A DNA stretch of 64,000 nucleotides from the NCBI GenBank assembly GCA_050084515.1, contig CM114271.1, forward strand, positions 47,430,001 to 47,494,000. The letters run 5' to 3'. This document shows, piece by piece, positions 1 to 12,425 of this stretch. The translations under genes and the position numbers were made by a program. The stretch comes from Blasia pusilla. Lineage: Eukaryota. The notes under the pieces were generated by a model. The model was not told the DNA's origin. It ran no database searches and worked only from the letters and a program-made list of their open reading frames with translations. Each line of letters begins with the position of its first letter. The stretch's first letter is position 1.

Positions 1-131
1 TTTCAGATTGACTACTTTGGAAGCTAGATCCACCACCAGCATTAAGTTACTGAAAGTTTTGGATGAACTAGTCAGGAAGAGCTATGCACAAGAAGAGGCA
101 TGAGATGTCATTCCTATCTTACCCCAAAGAA

Positions 132-3100
132 TCAACCCATGGCATTATCTCCTACTGCAGGTCGCTGAACTACTCTAATTCCTGCCTTCTTATCCCATTC
201 CTCTGCCTTCAAGGTCTCTGCCATAGCTTCCTGTCCTCGCCACAAAATCTGCACAAGGCTGCATGTTATTAAAAAGGCATCTATACAGGAAGATTCAATG
301 AGATGCACTCTATAATATCCAAAATACCAAGTCTAATTTGTTTCAGATACAACAAGCTCATTGCAGTAAAGGACTCATCACTGGGAGTATAGACACAATT
401 ATCATTGAACTAAGAATCCCACAAGCAAATATAAACAGTGCTTTTGGATAGTCATTAGTACCTTATCTGCAACACCAAACTCCACTGCTTTGACAGGATT
501 CATGTAGAAAGGTCTCTCCATTACTTTCGCCACCTTCTCGAAAGACTGCAGACAACATCCAGTGAGGATAGTGAAAGTGGCCTCAGCATATAAGCTCCAG
601 GAATTCAAAGCATCACATTCACCTTATCTTAAACCACTTTCACAAGTCCCACCATCAGAAGACACTCACATTTCCAGTGTGCTTGGCCAAAAGTTTTACA
701 AGCATGTCCCTGTTGTTGACAACCTGCACCACACCAGAGAATATTGGTGAATGTTCAACCTTTCGGCTTTTGATGACTGGCTTCCTGACCATCTCTTTCA
801 TAGACTGCGACCGAATGCCCTGAAGGTGGCAGCTTTGGATAGATCTGATGAAACTGCATGAAATACGGATAGGAACTTGTAGAAAAAATGGCAGCAGCTT
901 TGAGGAACCCACACATACCCAACAGATGAGAACCGACACCCAATAGAGTACAGTGTAACCATATCCTGGGTATGCATAATGAATAAAATAAAATAACATT
1001 GGGCAAAAGCTTGCAAAATAAAGTCAGAATTTTTTTCACCTCTTTAGCTCTAATGTGCACATCAATTGCAGACATTTGCCCAGTTGATGGTAGTCGGGGT
1101 TGTTGAATCATAGCTGCAGTAAGTTCACAATAATCAGTCCTACTCAAGCCAAAACTCTAGGGGACCATATGGTAGGGCAGAAGAACAGAAGACAATCCAA
1201 ACCCAATGGAGTAGGTGGACAGGAGGCAGGAAAGTTTTGGATACACACAACAAACCATATAAATCAGGGATGTGTATCAAACCTGTGGCATGTGGAAGCA
1301 TATACCGTCTTCCACGCTCACCCGCGGCAAGAAGCAAGCATGCTTGTCCTATTGCTGCACCTACACCGACTGTTTGGATCTGCGTACAAGTTGAGAAAAA
1401 ATATTTTTTACGACACGGCATAAGTCAGACAACAAATCTAGTCTAGTTTAGTAGTCAGTTTTATTAGAAATCCGTGTGATCTTCCCACCTAAAAGCGTGA
1501 GATCATTCATAGCAAATCTGGTCCAAGGGCATATTGCAATTTTAGTGAAGAGAAAGGAATATAGCAACATGTCTGTTGGTGAAATACAGAGTTGACCAAG
1601 AAAGAAGACCTCATTCTTCACTTGCATCATGGTATCGTAGATTGCGAAACCTTCTGTCTCCATACCAACCTGTTACCAAGGGTCAAAACGTGCCATTGTT
1701 AAAACACAGGCCGATTCTCCAGATAACAGACAGAAATATTTAGTTTGCAAGGGTATGCTAGCAATAAGTAAACAGCTAACATCCAGAAGTGGCTCTCTGG
1801 AACAAGAAGGAATATCTAGGGTAAGGGTAATTCACTTCATCCAGCAGCCATTTAAAATCCAGCAAAGAGGTAACTTTACCGTTTCACCATCGGCACGGGA
1901 AGTTCCTGTTGAGTTAAGATAGACATATGAAGGCTGTCTTGGGTCCAGCCACTGTAGGTACAAGAGCTCTGCAATCACTAGCTCGGTCACGGCTGGGACA
2001 AGCTGCTCAATACACCGCATCAATAGACCACAAAATAATGATTAATCAACATTAGCAGAAAGTTTTGAGATTGCATTTCTTCTCAACACTGCCTCACACA
2101 TACAATTAAACCTTAAATTACTCCTGGATCCCATTCTATTGCTCGTGAAGTTCATCCAGGTCTTGTTATGAAAGACAGATGGTTACAGAATGGCTTTATG
2201 ATTACATGCCCCCTTGAGCACAGACAAATTCCCAGAGGCTTTGCACCAGTTCTCACCCATGACACAAAGAAATGAGTAACTTTCAGATTAAATTTGAGAC
2301 ACTTGTTCAAATTAAACCAAACAAGCTGAAAACACCATGACTTCCTGGATGTAGACAACAAAGAAAACTGACTCTTGCCCTGTCGTCCCAAGATGTCTCT
2401 AGCCAAAACCATGCCACAGGGATTCCTCTGAAACTGAATAATTTGGAAAAAATTAGAAGGATAAAAGTAACGTGCACAGCAGTGCGAGAGACCCTCTATA
2501 CATTTGAGCAATAATTCTTTTCAAGGAACATAATTTGAAGGTATTCTAATTTCAGATAGTGACCAAAGTCACTTCATGAGACTTTGTTCTTCTGCACTAG
2601 TTTCCTAGTATGCCTCCTACCTGCGACCTTTTCCAATGGACAGATGTCAAGAATAACATCAAACAGATTCATGCAACATGTCCCTCATAATTCACCTCAG
2701 CACGGTTCTCCCGTAAACTCGATCATTCTTCAATTCAATTTAAAACACAACACGTAAACTCCAAGTTACTATGTTGTAAAACATAGTAACTTGGAGTTTA
2801 CTATAGTGAAAAGTAACTGATAGAATTACTATAGTAACTTAGTGTTTTACCACAGTAAATAGTAATTTCTTGTTACCATAGAGTTACCTCAGTAATTCTG
2901 AGAATTACTATGGGCGGCAGGCCCTAACCCTAAAAACCCTAAAACTTAGAAACTCATTCTCTTGGCTGTATATAACCCTCTGAGGGTGCCCTGCGAATTT
3001 ACATTCTCTTACACCTTTCTAGACACAACTCTCTGAGCTGAGGAGCTGAATGAGAAGCACTGAGTGTGCTTTGCTTACCTGAGTGGATTGTGCTTCTGAC

Positions 3101-4521
3101 CTTAGTAGTTCAGTGTGCTAAGCACTGAGTGTGCTGCTGCTTACAGACTGAGAGGTCTGCTGACTTGAGGAGTTCAGTGAGTCTTGCGATACAAGGTGTA
3201 TAGTAGTACTAACCTGAGTGGTTGCTATTGAGATGTCTACTGCTGCTAACCTGAGTGGTTGCTATTGCACTAAGTGTGCTTGAGAATGCAAGGTGATCTG
3301 GTGATGCAGGTTGTCTAGCTCTTTCCTCTACAATCTAACCTGAGTGGTTGCTATTGCACTAAGTGTGCTTGTAATAGCTAGGTTGTAGAGAAACTCTGAT
3401 TCTAAAACACTTCATGAGACTTTGTTCTTCTGCACTAGTTTCCTAGTATGCCTCCTACCTGCGACCTTTTCCAATGGACAGATGTCAAGAATAACATCAA
3501 ACAGATTCATGCAACATGTCCCTCATAATTCACCTCAGCACGGTTCTCCCGTAAACTCGATCATTCTTCAATTCAATTTACAGCACAACACGTAAAATCA
3601 CGGCCAACATAACCCAACCAAGGAGGAAACATTGTGGTGGAAACAAGACGCTATCTGTGTCCACTCCGACCAACTTTGCTGCATCCTTGAACACCCATTC
3701 TAATTGCCTCCTTCCGGCTGCAACAATTATCATTGAACGACGATCGAAAAATAGGACTAGAGTAATGAAGTGGTACACACAGGCATGCCGATGTAGACGA
3801 TACGACTGTTGAGAAGAAGAGATGGAAGGTCGGGGGGTGGCCTTCGTGGTCTGTGTTCGTTATAGGACGTTGAGCGCTCGACCTACACCAGACAGTCAAA
3901 TCCTTAGATCCAACAAAAGAGAGGGACCGACCGAAGCATGAGCGTAAGAATAACCCCACAGGTCAGTAATTCGCAGAGAGAAGCAACCACAAATGGAAGC
4001 AGCGAGTCTTGTTTCAAAGTAAAAAGTCTTTCGTTGAGTTTGGAGCTAAGAAATTGGAAGGAGATGCGGTGAGAGAATAAGTTCGCGACTGGAATTCAAC
4101 AGATTGCGTGAATTGCTGACCAACTCAATCTCTCCCCACAAATCACACTCTCACACTTGACAAAATCAGGAAATTATCTCCTCAGCTGCGAGCGTTGCAA
4201 TCAGTGAGAAGAGGCAACCTGGGCGGGAGCGGCCATCATGATGGAATCCGCGACAATGTCCAGCAGAGGAAGAGTTCCATCATCGGCCTTTCTCGCGTCT
4301 GCCAACTGCTCCCGACCCAAAGGGGATCTGGCGGCAGCCGCAAGGTGATGCAGAAATGGGTCATTGGGAGAAGATAAGGGAGGCAACCCCATACACACAC
4401 GGGCAGGTGCCGTAGCATAGCCAGTTTTACTCATCCTCAAACCATTTCTCCCGTGTCTCATCAGCGTCCCATGTGGAGACGAACCCGCCAACCCTCCCAA
4501 CAAGGCTCGGCACTCCGCCAT
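132..4521 (-). CDS. CLPR1: Chloroplast ATP-dependent Clp protease proteolytic subunit-related protein 1 (non-catalytic ClpR1), 9 exons, ~337 aa. Exons: 4521-4219, 3882-3781, 2002-1880, 1669-1610, 1379-1283, 1113-1040, 723-670, 545-462, 248-132
   Basis: All introns are GT-AG and phases are consistent. The spliced product reads PNDPFL...AQVERSTSYNEHRPRRPPPDLPSLLLNSRIVYIGMPLVPAVTELVIAELLYLQWLDP...VGMETEGFAIYD...AMIQQPR...ILWRGQE...EWDKKAGI, matching recalled plant ClpR1. The N-terminus looks like a transit peptide. Confidence 0.93.
2570..3596. repeat. ~190-bp direct repeat pair (2570-2758 and 3408-3596) flanking a ~650-bp insert in ClpR1 intron 2
   Basis: cacttcatgagactttgttcttctgcactag...caattcaattta is identical over 173 bp at an offset of 838, followed by 16 bp with 2 mismatches. 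Confidence 0.95.
2754..3407. mobile_element. Putative small non-autonomous insertion with a terminal 22-bp perfect hairpin and internal short repeats
   Basis: Hairpin gtaaactccaagttactatgtt-GTAA-aacatagtaacttggagtttac at 2754-2801. ctaacctgagtggttgctattg occurs three times (~3208, ~3246, ~3335). Telomere-like ccctaaccctaaaaaccctaaaa at ~2922. Confidence 0.45.
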
Positions 4522-4962
4522 AGCTCTGTCTCTCTCCCTCCGTCCCTCGCTCCCTGTCTGTCTGTCTGTGTGTGTGTGTAACCTCTGTCTTCTGTATCTC
4601 AGTCAAGAGCACACTCAGGGCTGAGGTGGGTCGTGGTTCCCGGGTGCTCTGGTCAGTTTCTCTTGCTTTGCTTGCACTGCAGTCCCCACGAACAGTCTTT
4701 GCTGCAAGAGATTAGCTACCTGAATCTGGAAGGCAAGCGGAGGTCCCTTCTTACACACGTGACTCGCACTCCCCGACGATCTCCATCTGGTGGCCCCCCG
4801 TCACCCTCGCCCACTCCCACCGGGTAACCCGTGCTCCTCCGAATGGTGTGGCTCCTGTCTCCTACTTTCACCCCTTAAACCCCTCTCCAAACCCCGACCC
4901 TTCCACGCCCCTCCCATCCTCTTTATTCAGCTGTCTCAGCTCCGCATTCATATCTGGCGCGT

Positions 4963-4994
<32 letters not shown>

Positions 4995-5098
4995 GGGGAG
5001 GGTTAAAGTGGAGTGAGGGGAAGAGCAGGAGAGAATCGAGAGAGGCAGGTGAAGTGGAGTGAGGAGAAGACAGAGAGAGGTACTGCAAATCAGCAGCT

Positions 5099-6290
5099 AT
5101 GGAGAAGATGTTTGGCCCAGCGTATCAGGGTGACCCTGGAGTACCGCACTCGGACAAGGAGGGGTTCGCCAGCATTTTCTGGGGAGCAGTGACGTTCTCC
5201 GTGTATTCCATGGCTTGCCCGTACTACTGGGAGCAGGGTGGCAACCAAGTCAAGTAAGAATGCTCCGCAGGCCAAAGCCTCTATGGTTTCTGCATCCCAT
5301 TGATGAAGGGAAATTCTTTCTTACAATCTCAGGAGTCGCTGTGGCAGAAATTGGGTGAGCGTTGCGAATGTAGTCGGTATTCTCCTTCGATCTCCGGAGT
5401 CTCATTGCGCGTGTGCAGAGGAGGGGAGGGGACTGATGTGCGTTAAGAAGTGCCAGCTTTGTGGTCGTTTCTTACCACGTGAATTGTGCGTCTGTGGCAG
5501 CTGGCATGATTGGGCCATGGTGTGCGAGAACCATAGCATGAAGCGTGCCTTGAGGAAGAAACAGCCCTACAAACCGAAGGTTTGCTCCCGACCATGGCTC
5601 TCCGTTCATATCTTCTCTTCATAGTTTGATTAGCTGGCTCAAAGGATTGAATGTCTGCGATGGGCCTGGAAGAAGTCTTCCGAGCCAGAGGGTCACGGTA
5701 CTACGGGAGCTAGTCATCTCGCTAATGAGTGTCACTGGATTGCCTTCGTGCCTATCAGCACGATTCTATTGGAATTCTGCATTTTCTGGGCGCCTCTAAT
5801 TCCACGGACAGACACTTCACCAAGAATTTCATCATTCTGCTTCCCCAGACTCTTCTCACTGGATGGACCGATTTCTTCCCATACACACTGTTCGCTGACC
5901 CACTCACTTGCTGCTAAGATGTGCCTGCCTTGTTCTTCCTAATCGTTAAAGATCACTCTTGTATCGTTAGCCCAGAAGTCTTGTTTCAATTGTCTCTCTT
6001 TTTGGAAACCTTTCGTCTGGACTTTATGGTATCTCACCTTTTTAGAACATAGGCACTTTTCTAGGGTTATGCTGATGGACCGTGTGTATCTGTAAAGCAA
6101 ACACGAAGTTTCGGTTTAGGGAAAGCCGTGCGAATCCATGCGAGCCAATTGAGCCGATCACTATGTGAATTCCAGATTCACTTGGAATCGCTGAATAACT
6201 CGTGATGTGTGAGCTGTGCAGTGGAATGAGTTCATGCACAAGGAGGAGCGGGAGGCCTACTACCACAACTGGGCTGATTATTTCCCCTGA
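5099..6290 (+). CDS. Small conserved plant protein of unknown function, 100 aa, one predicted hydrophobic segment. Exons: 5099-5253, 5501-5579, 6222-6290
   Basis: GT-AG introns with consistent phase give MEKMFGPAYQGDPGVPHSDKEGFASIFWGAVTFSVYSMACPYYWEQGGNQVNWHDWAMVCENHSMKRALRKKQPYKPKWNEFMHKEEREAYYHNWADYFP*. This resembles a recalled angiosperm family (MEKYFGNAYRGDPGVPH...KKQPY.FKWN...YYYNWPVYFP). Confidence 0.85.
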
Positions 6291-9101
6291 GCTCGCATAG
6301 CGGTCTTCATTCATCAGCCCATCGACCAGTCTGGATACAGGCAATCTGCCATTCCTGTGTTTGCATGAAGACTGCCATAGTTTGTTTCTATTGTGAGTTG
6401 TCCAGGTCTGCTTTTCATAAAGTGTCGTTTCACCATTGCCTTCGCTGGTATAGTTGAGGTACGTGGTAAGCAGATTACTTACAGAGCTCAGATATTGAAA
6501 TCATTCTTGAATTCTGGACGCTTCTTTCTCAGAGGTAGAAGCAGGCATTTTCGGTGAGGATATGGCTCGCACTACATGGCTTTAATGAGTAATGAACGCA
6601 ACTAATGACAACAAGATGCCAGAATTTGAGTCCTTTGTAAGCAGTGTCGCAGGTCCTGAAGCCTCTGCTTCTTTCAATTAGAATCTAAATTTTGGTGAAG
6701 GACTGATATCTGCATGATGAGTAGTTTCATTCTTGAACTCGGGATCTTATTGCTTCTGCCTCACTGATTTCCTTGCTCTTCATATTTCGGCGTTGAGACT
6801 CTCGCTCTTCAGAACACTTCAGTACCAGTAGCCTCTCTGCGCGAGCTCTAGAAGCTTGGATTTTAGACACCAATCTTCAAAGATTGTATGTGATGTAGTC
6901 CACTGCCTCAATCTCTATTATCTTTGATAGAAAATATGGATCACACAATCACAAAGACAAACTCCAGATATTAATTGAGTGAAAGCGTAGGCATTGCAAC
7001 TTGTGTGCAGATATACAAACTATATAGCCCTGAACATTACAAACTTGCAATGATACTACAAAAGTCATCCTCTCCCATGTGCACTTGATATTAGGTCTTC
7101 GCAAAACACAACAAACTAAATTGCTACTAGGTCTTCACAAAACACAACAAACAGGATTGAACTATAGAAGTCACTAATTGTAACTTTGTAACATCTATGT
7201 AATGGCAGGAGGATTGCTTTAGGTCATAACAATGTTATTGTTGCTGTCTAGGAGTGTACCTTTAAGCGAAATTAAGGGAAGTTTCTGAAAGGCATGATGA
7301 TGGAGAAGTATCATAGATTTTTAACCTGGTTGGTCATTGTGATTTGGGATCCCATGGTAAGTTGTCAAGTTTGTAATGCGCAAATATAGTGCTACATGAT
7401 TCATACTGTCGGCCATGTTTACATAGTATTAATCAACCCAGCACATGGATATACACACCCAAAAGAAATATATTCACGCAAAGGTATCAAGATCATGTAG
7501 TAAGATTGCAAGTAAAATGGTCCATTCGATCAAATCTACAATTTCAAATGTACATGTGATACCATGTTTTGTTCACCTTCTATTATGAGGGAATCCTAAT
7601 TCTAATCCCTATCAAACATTGAAGACATTTTAAAAGTTACAACATATGAGAAATCTGGAACTTTTAGAAAATGAAAGTAGCGACATTCATTGAAAATGAG
7701 TTCCATGAATGTTGCTATATTCAACTGGTTAATTGTCGGTTATGTATTCATTCTTGAATATAGGGTTTCATGAATATAGCAACACATTGAAAATGAGTAG
7801 ATGGCAAGGTCCTCACAGCGCTAGATAACACATATCACATCTATTTAACATGATGTAATATCTTATTTACCTCTAGCGCTGTAGGTGCCGTCATACCGGC
7901 AATATCTTCCAACACGTACTTGCCCTTGGATCCATCTCCTTTATCTCCACCTAGAGAAATCAATGTATCCGCATGTCATTTTTTAACATTACAACTACCC
8001 TCCGTGTAGATCCCTCCAAAGAGATCTGATACTCTCGCACCCTTATCCTAACGTTGCCACACAACATGGGGAGTAGTAACAATGGTATCCAAGGATATCA
8101 AGTCACCTTCCGAAGAGCGCAACCGTCACCTGATTGTGTCTGCTTCAGTAGATAGGCAAGGGTCCATGCTTGCTTCACGAGCTTGTCTGCACTCCTGTGC
8201 AAATCAACGCTCGTACCCAACAATGGTGAAGAGGTCTCTACTCCATGGGAAGGGACACCCATCATGATATGTCTCTCTATGGGACTATCTGCTATTGGGA
8301 CATCCTCTCCATGTGTGCTCAACAACTCCCTTGCCAACTATTCATTTTCCATGAATGTTGCTAACACGATCATTGCATTACCTCATGGACCATCACTTCA
8401 TCTTGCAAACCACACAAATAAATGACTTACCCTTCTATCACTTGATCGCCATGCTAGGCAATATGCAACCGTCTCTTCCCAAAAATTGAGGGTGAAACCA
8501 AGGGTATATAACACCACACTCCCTACCAATACATTATATGACTTTATTGGTGTCGTAATCCTATGATTGTGCATAATCAAATGCATGTTATGTCATTCCA
8601 GTTACGCAATTTATACCAATTTGTCATTCCAGTTGCGCAATTTATATGCTATTATCGTCCTGTAAGCTTCGTTAACCAACTCCAAGCTGCCTTACCACTT
8701 CATGGGTCTCACCCAGCCCATTTCCGCTCGCACAAATGCACACTCAAAAATTCATGTCATTCACTACAGTACACTACATCCCATTTTGTTAATCACGAGA
8801 AACCTGATCCCCTCCGCAACCGAGCTCATCGGCTCCTCAACTCATTCACCTCATTACAGCTTACTCGCACACACACACACACCCTAGTTAGGTTCACTAC
8901 ATTTTCTCACAGTTACACGGCCATTGCTTTTCAACGGCTTACTTCATTCATATTCGCTAGTTCACAATAATAATCCTCGTGGACAGTTGAGGGCCGCATT
9001 CTTGTTCCCTTGTGGAAAAATCTTAAGTAAATCCCTTATGTCAAAAAACTCTACATATTCAATGATAATATAAGCAAAACATGGAAGTAGTCAAATGATA
9101 A

Positions 9102-9230
9102 GACACGTGGCAACATATCTTTTTCTCTAAAATATGGTGAATAAAATATTTTTGATTCGGTCAAAAATCAAGTAATACCGTATACGTCACTCCTGCCCAC
9201 ATACGACAGGGTGCTACAGGACCACGCGTC
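9102..9230 (+). promoter_or_regulatory. ABRE/G-box (GACACGTGGC) plus CE3-like ACGCGTC upstream of the SDR gene
   Basis: gacacgtggc at 9102-9111 and ccacgcgtcg at ~9222, 350-470 bp upstream of the SDR ATG. Motif match only. Confidence 0.35.
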
Positions 9231-9570
9231 GCCCTCATTTTCCTCCACTTGTCACGATAAGAAAGAATCCGCTTGTGGTAAACGCTCAGTTAATTGATAA
9301 CCATTAACCCTAAGTGGCTGGGCCAGACCAATGGGGGCTTAGCAGGCCCTCGGCCTCGCCCCTCGCAGCGTTAGCTTATTATAGAGCGCCAGTCCTCCAA
9401 CATGCGTCGTCCTGCTAAAAGAGAGGTCCTTAACAAAGGGGAAGAGTTTGGGCAGCGAAGAGAGAGAGGACGAGCCGGAGCTTAGAGGGGAGGGAATACG
9501 TGACGAGTTAATCGCAAATTTTGTTGGGTTTGGGCCTGGACTGTGACGGAATTGGAGGGTGGGCTTCAGT

Positions 9571-9674
9571 ATGAGTAGATTGAACATGGGAAGGGACTCG
9601 TTTCGGCACCGATCCACAGCCGAAGATGTCACTGAAGGAATCGACGCCACGGGACTCATCGCGATTGTCACAGG

Positions 9675-9729
<55 letters not shown>

Positions 9730-12425
9730 TTACCTTTCGAAATGCAATTATAATAAAGTCAGGCTAGAGAAATGGAAGATGATCAGTTAGATGGTAGCAT
9801 GGGGATCCGATCACCTGGCAAATCGGGAAAGTGTCGCAGTCTGACGTTCCTGTCCCTCGTGTGTGTGGAGTCGGTAATTGATGGAATGGATTCTTCAGTT
9901 CTGAGGCTTTCTGATGGGAAATTGAGACGCTGAGCTGGTACTGAGGAGTCGGTAATCGACGGAAAAGATTCTTCAGTTTTGAGGATTTCTGATGGAAAAG
10001 TGGTTGCCTCGAAGCCAAAGCAACACAAGGGCCTGTGGGACTAGATATCTGAATTCTACGGTCCTATGCCCATCTCAATCTGCTGAAGATCCTGCAGGGT
10101 CGAACAGCCGATTGTGGAGAATGTGCCCATTGATTGGAAATGCTCGTTGTGCAGGTGGAACGACGGGACTTGGGATGGAAACAGTACGAGTTCTTGCCTT
10201 GCGTGGTGCGTATGTCTTCATAGCGGACCGTGAATTCTCGGCAGCTGAAATGGTGAAAGAGGAGATTTTGAAAGGGAACCCAGATGCCCAAATTGATTAT
10301 CTGGAGCTGGACCTTAGCTCTTTTGCCTCTATCAGGAAGGCAGCATCGGACTTTCTGGCAATGAAACTCCCACTCAATATACTAGTGTAAGTATCCTGTC
10401 TACCTGTGCAGACTGTCAAGGCTTGATCTACCCAGAAGGGGTTATAATCGAGAATATAGTTAGCTGCTGTGTTCTTAGAATTGGCAGAGACCGTCTGATT
10501 CCTTGGTGATGCATAGCAACTAACTCATAAAGATTTGGAATTGAGATGTACCTTGGTAATGGTAGTCGCTGCAAAGTTGGACTCAGACTGGAGCTCCAAG
10601 AGCTGGCTGAATATGTCTTTTGACTTGGAGAATGTCGCCCGGGGCACTCACCTGGGCTACCTGTCTTGCCAATTGTGTGGTCAGAAATAATGGAAGTGCT
10701 CTAATGGGCCCTTTCCAACTGTCTGAGGATGGGATTGAAATGCAATTCGCTGTGAACTACTTGGGTGAGTCTCTCCTGCTTAGTCCGCAATGGTTGCTTG
10801 CAGAAGAGATTTGTGATAATATGTAGCTCCACTGGGGCAGTCACTACAAAATATGTTTCCTTGACGATGATTTTCCCAGGTTTTAGCCACATGGGTATCT
10901 TCTTGGATCCTCTTCTCTTCCTAGAGGAAGAAGAACTAGAAAGTATCCCTGAAGCCAACAACACCTCTGTTGCCTCACTTGTCATCTGTGTTTCTTTGTA
11001 GGTCATTGGATTTTCACCAATCTATTGCTAGATAACATGAAGAAAACAGCCAAGGAATCTTCAATTGAAGGGAGGATTGTGAATGTTTCATCTTCGTTTC
11101 AAGCTACCTACAAAGGTGGCATCCGTCTCGACTCAATCAATGAAAAGAGTGGGTGAGCACATAATATCCTACTTTCTTTCAGATGCAGCCTGTCAGGTGT
11201 TAGTTTGGATTTCCTGTTACTCTGCTCTACAGGTACGCATTCCCACCACGCCATAAGGCAGGCTCAGTGTCATAGATTTATCAAATTATCATACCTTTCA
11301 GTCCAACTGCTCTAATCAGGTAAAAACACTATGTCCAGGTATAACCAATACTACGCATATGGACAGGCGAAAATTGCAAGCATATTGCATGCAAGGGAGT
11401 TGGCTGATCGTCTTGAGGTACAACTCAGTGTTTCAGCTAGCTAAATTTTCTAGAAACCCGCCCATTGGAAGTAGCCGTCAAGTTTGGTCGTGATGATCAA
11501 AATACTGTCTTGCAGGTTGTAGGTATAGTATTGTTTGTGTCTGGAATTTTCTTTTCAGATTTTTCTGTCTGAGCAAACACAATCATGAATATGAAAGTGT
11601 TTGTGGAGAGCAGGCAGAGGGTGCACCCGTGATGATCAATGCCTGCCACCCAGGTGCAGTCTTCACAGGTCTCCAGCGCCATGTTCCTAAATACTTACGC
11701 GGTAAAGCACCACTTTAGAGCCTTTTGAACATTTGATCAGATGCTTTTTTTTTAAGGGACAGTTCAAGCCTGACGACAGACCAGCAGTATCACTAGCTTG
11801 ATGTCGGGATTTCCTGATTTGTTTTGCGGAAATTTGACTCACTGCTCGATAGTGCTGTGTGCCTAAGCGGTCTGTAACAGGAAAATGATAAGAAGTAGTT
11901 CGAACTGAATCATAACACTTTTGATGAATTCCTACCTGGAACTGCAGCTGCTGTCAAGGCCTTCACAGGATTTTGCTGGAAGTCTGTTGGCCAGGTAAGT
12001 GCCATGTGCATCATCTACCTGCCATTTCTGCCATGTTCTACCACCATGTATAGTCGCTTCTCAGAGTTTGTGATATGTTTGCCTTGCAACTCGTTACCGA
12101 TGACTGAAGCTGAGCACATTATTGAATCAAGGAAGTGCTAGGGAGTAGTAGGCAGAAAGTGATTCAACATTGAAAGCGCTCTACTAACTACTGCACATCT
12201 GAAGCATTAAACACTTGGATTATTCACGGCCTGCAGGGAGCAGGTACCCAATGCTTTTTGGCATTGAGCCCAGACGTGTATGGAGTCAGTGGAGAGTACT
12301 TTTGCAATCTAAAATTGACCGAGGCTGGGGAATACGCATCAGATATGGATCTGGCAAGAAAGTTGTGGGATGTCAGTGTCAATCTTACATGTACAGGGCC
12401 ACTTACACAACACCGATCAGATTGA
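9571..12425 (+). CDS. Short-chain dehydrogenase/reductase, TIC32/retinol-dehydrogenase-like, 8 exons, ~322 aa. Exons: 9571-9673, 10155-10386, 10685-10764, 11002-11152, 11339-11417, 11614-11701, 11948-11994, 12237-12425
   Basis: Motifs STAEDVTEGID, Rossmann TGGTTGLG, LELDLSSFASIR, LSEDGIEMQFAVNYLGH, GRIVNVSS, catalytic YGQAK, HPG, GAGTQC...SGEYF...LARKLWD. Phases are consistent. Intron 1 requires a GC donor. Confidence 0.9.
9676..9729. repeat. Compound (CT)n(CA)n microsatellite at the start of SDR intron 1
   Basis: Directly visible. Confidence 0.95.

Noticed and set aside
1283-1379. Clp subunit lacking the catalytic Ser (VGAAIGQA)
   Set aside because: Expected for ClpR subunits, so not a pseudogene signal.
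3040-3375. Short repeats with variable spacers, superficially CRISPR-like
   Set aside because: Eukaryotic intron, irregular spacing, spacers that are themselves repetitive, and no cas genes.
6894-7059. TGTAGT...ACTACA-bounded ~165-bp segment as a possible solo LTR
   Set aside because: No target-site duplication and no second copy in the window.
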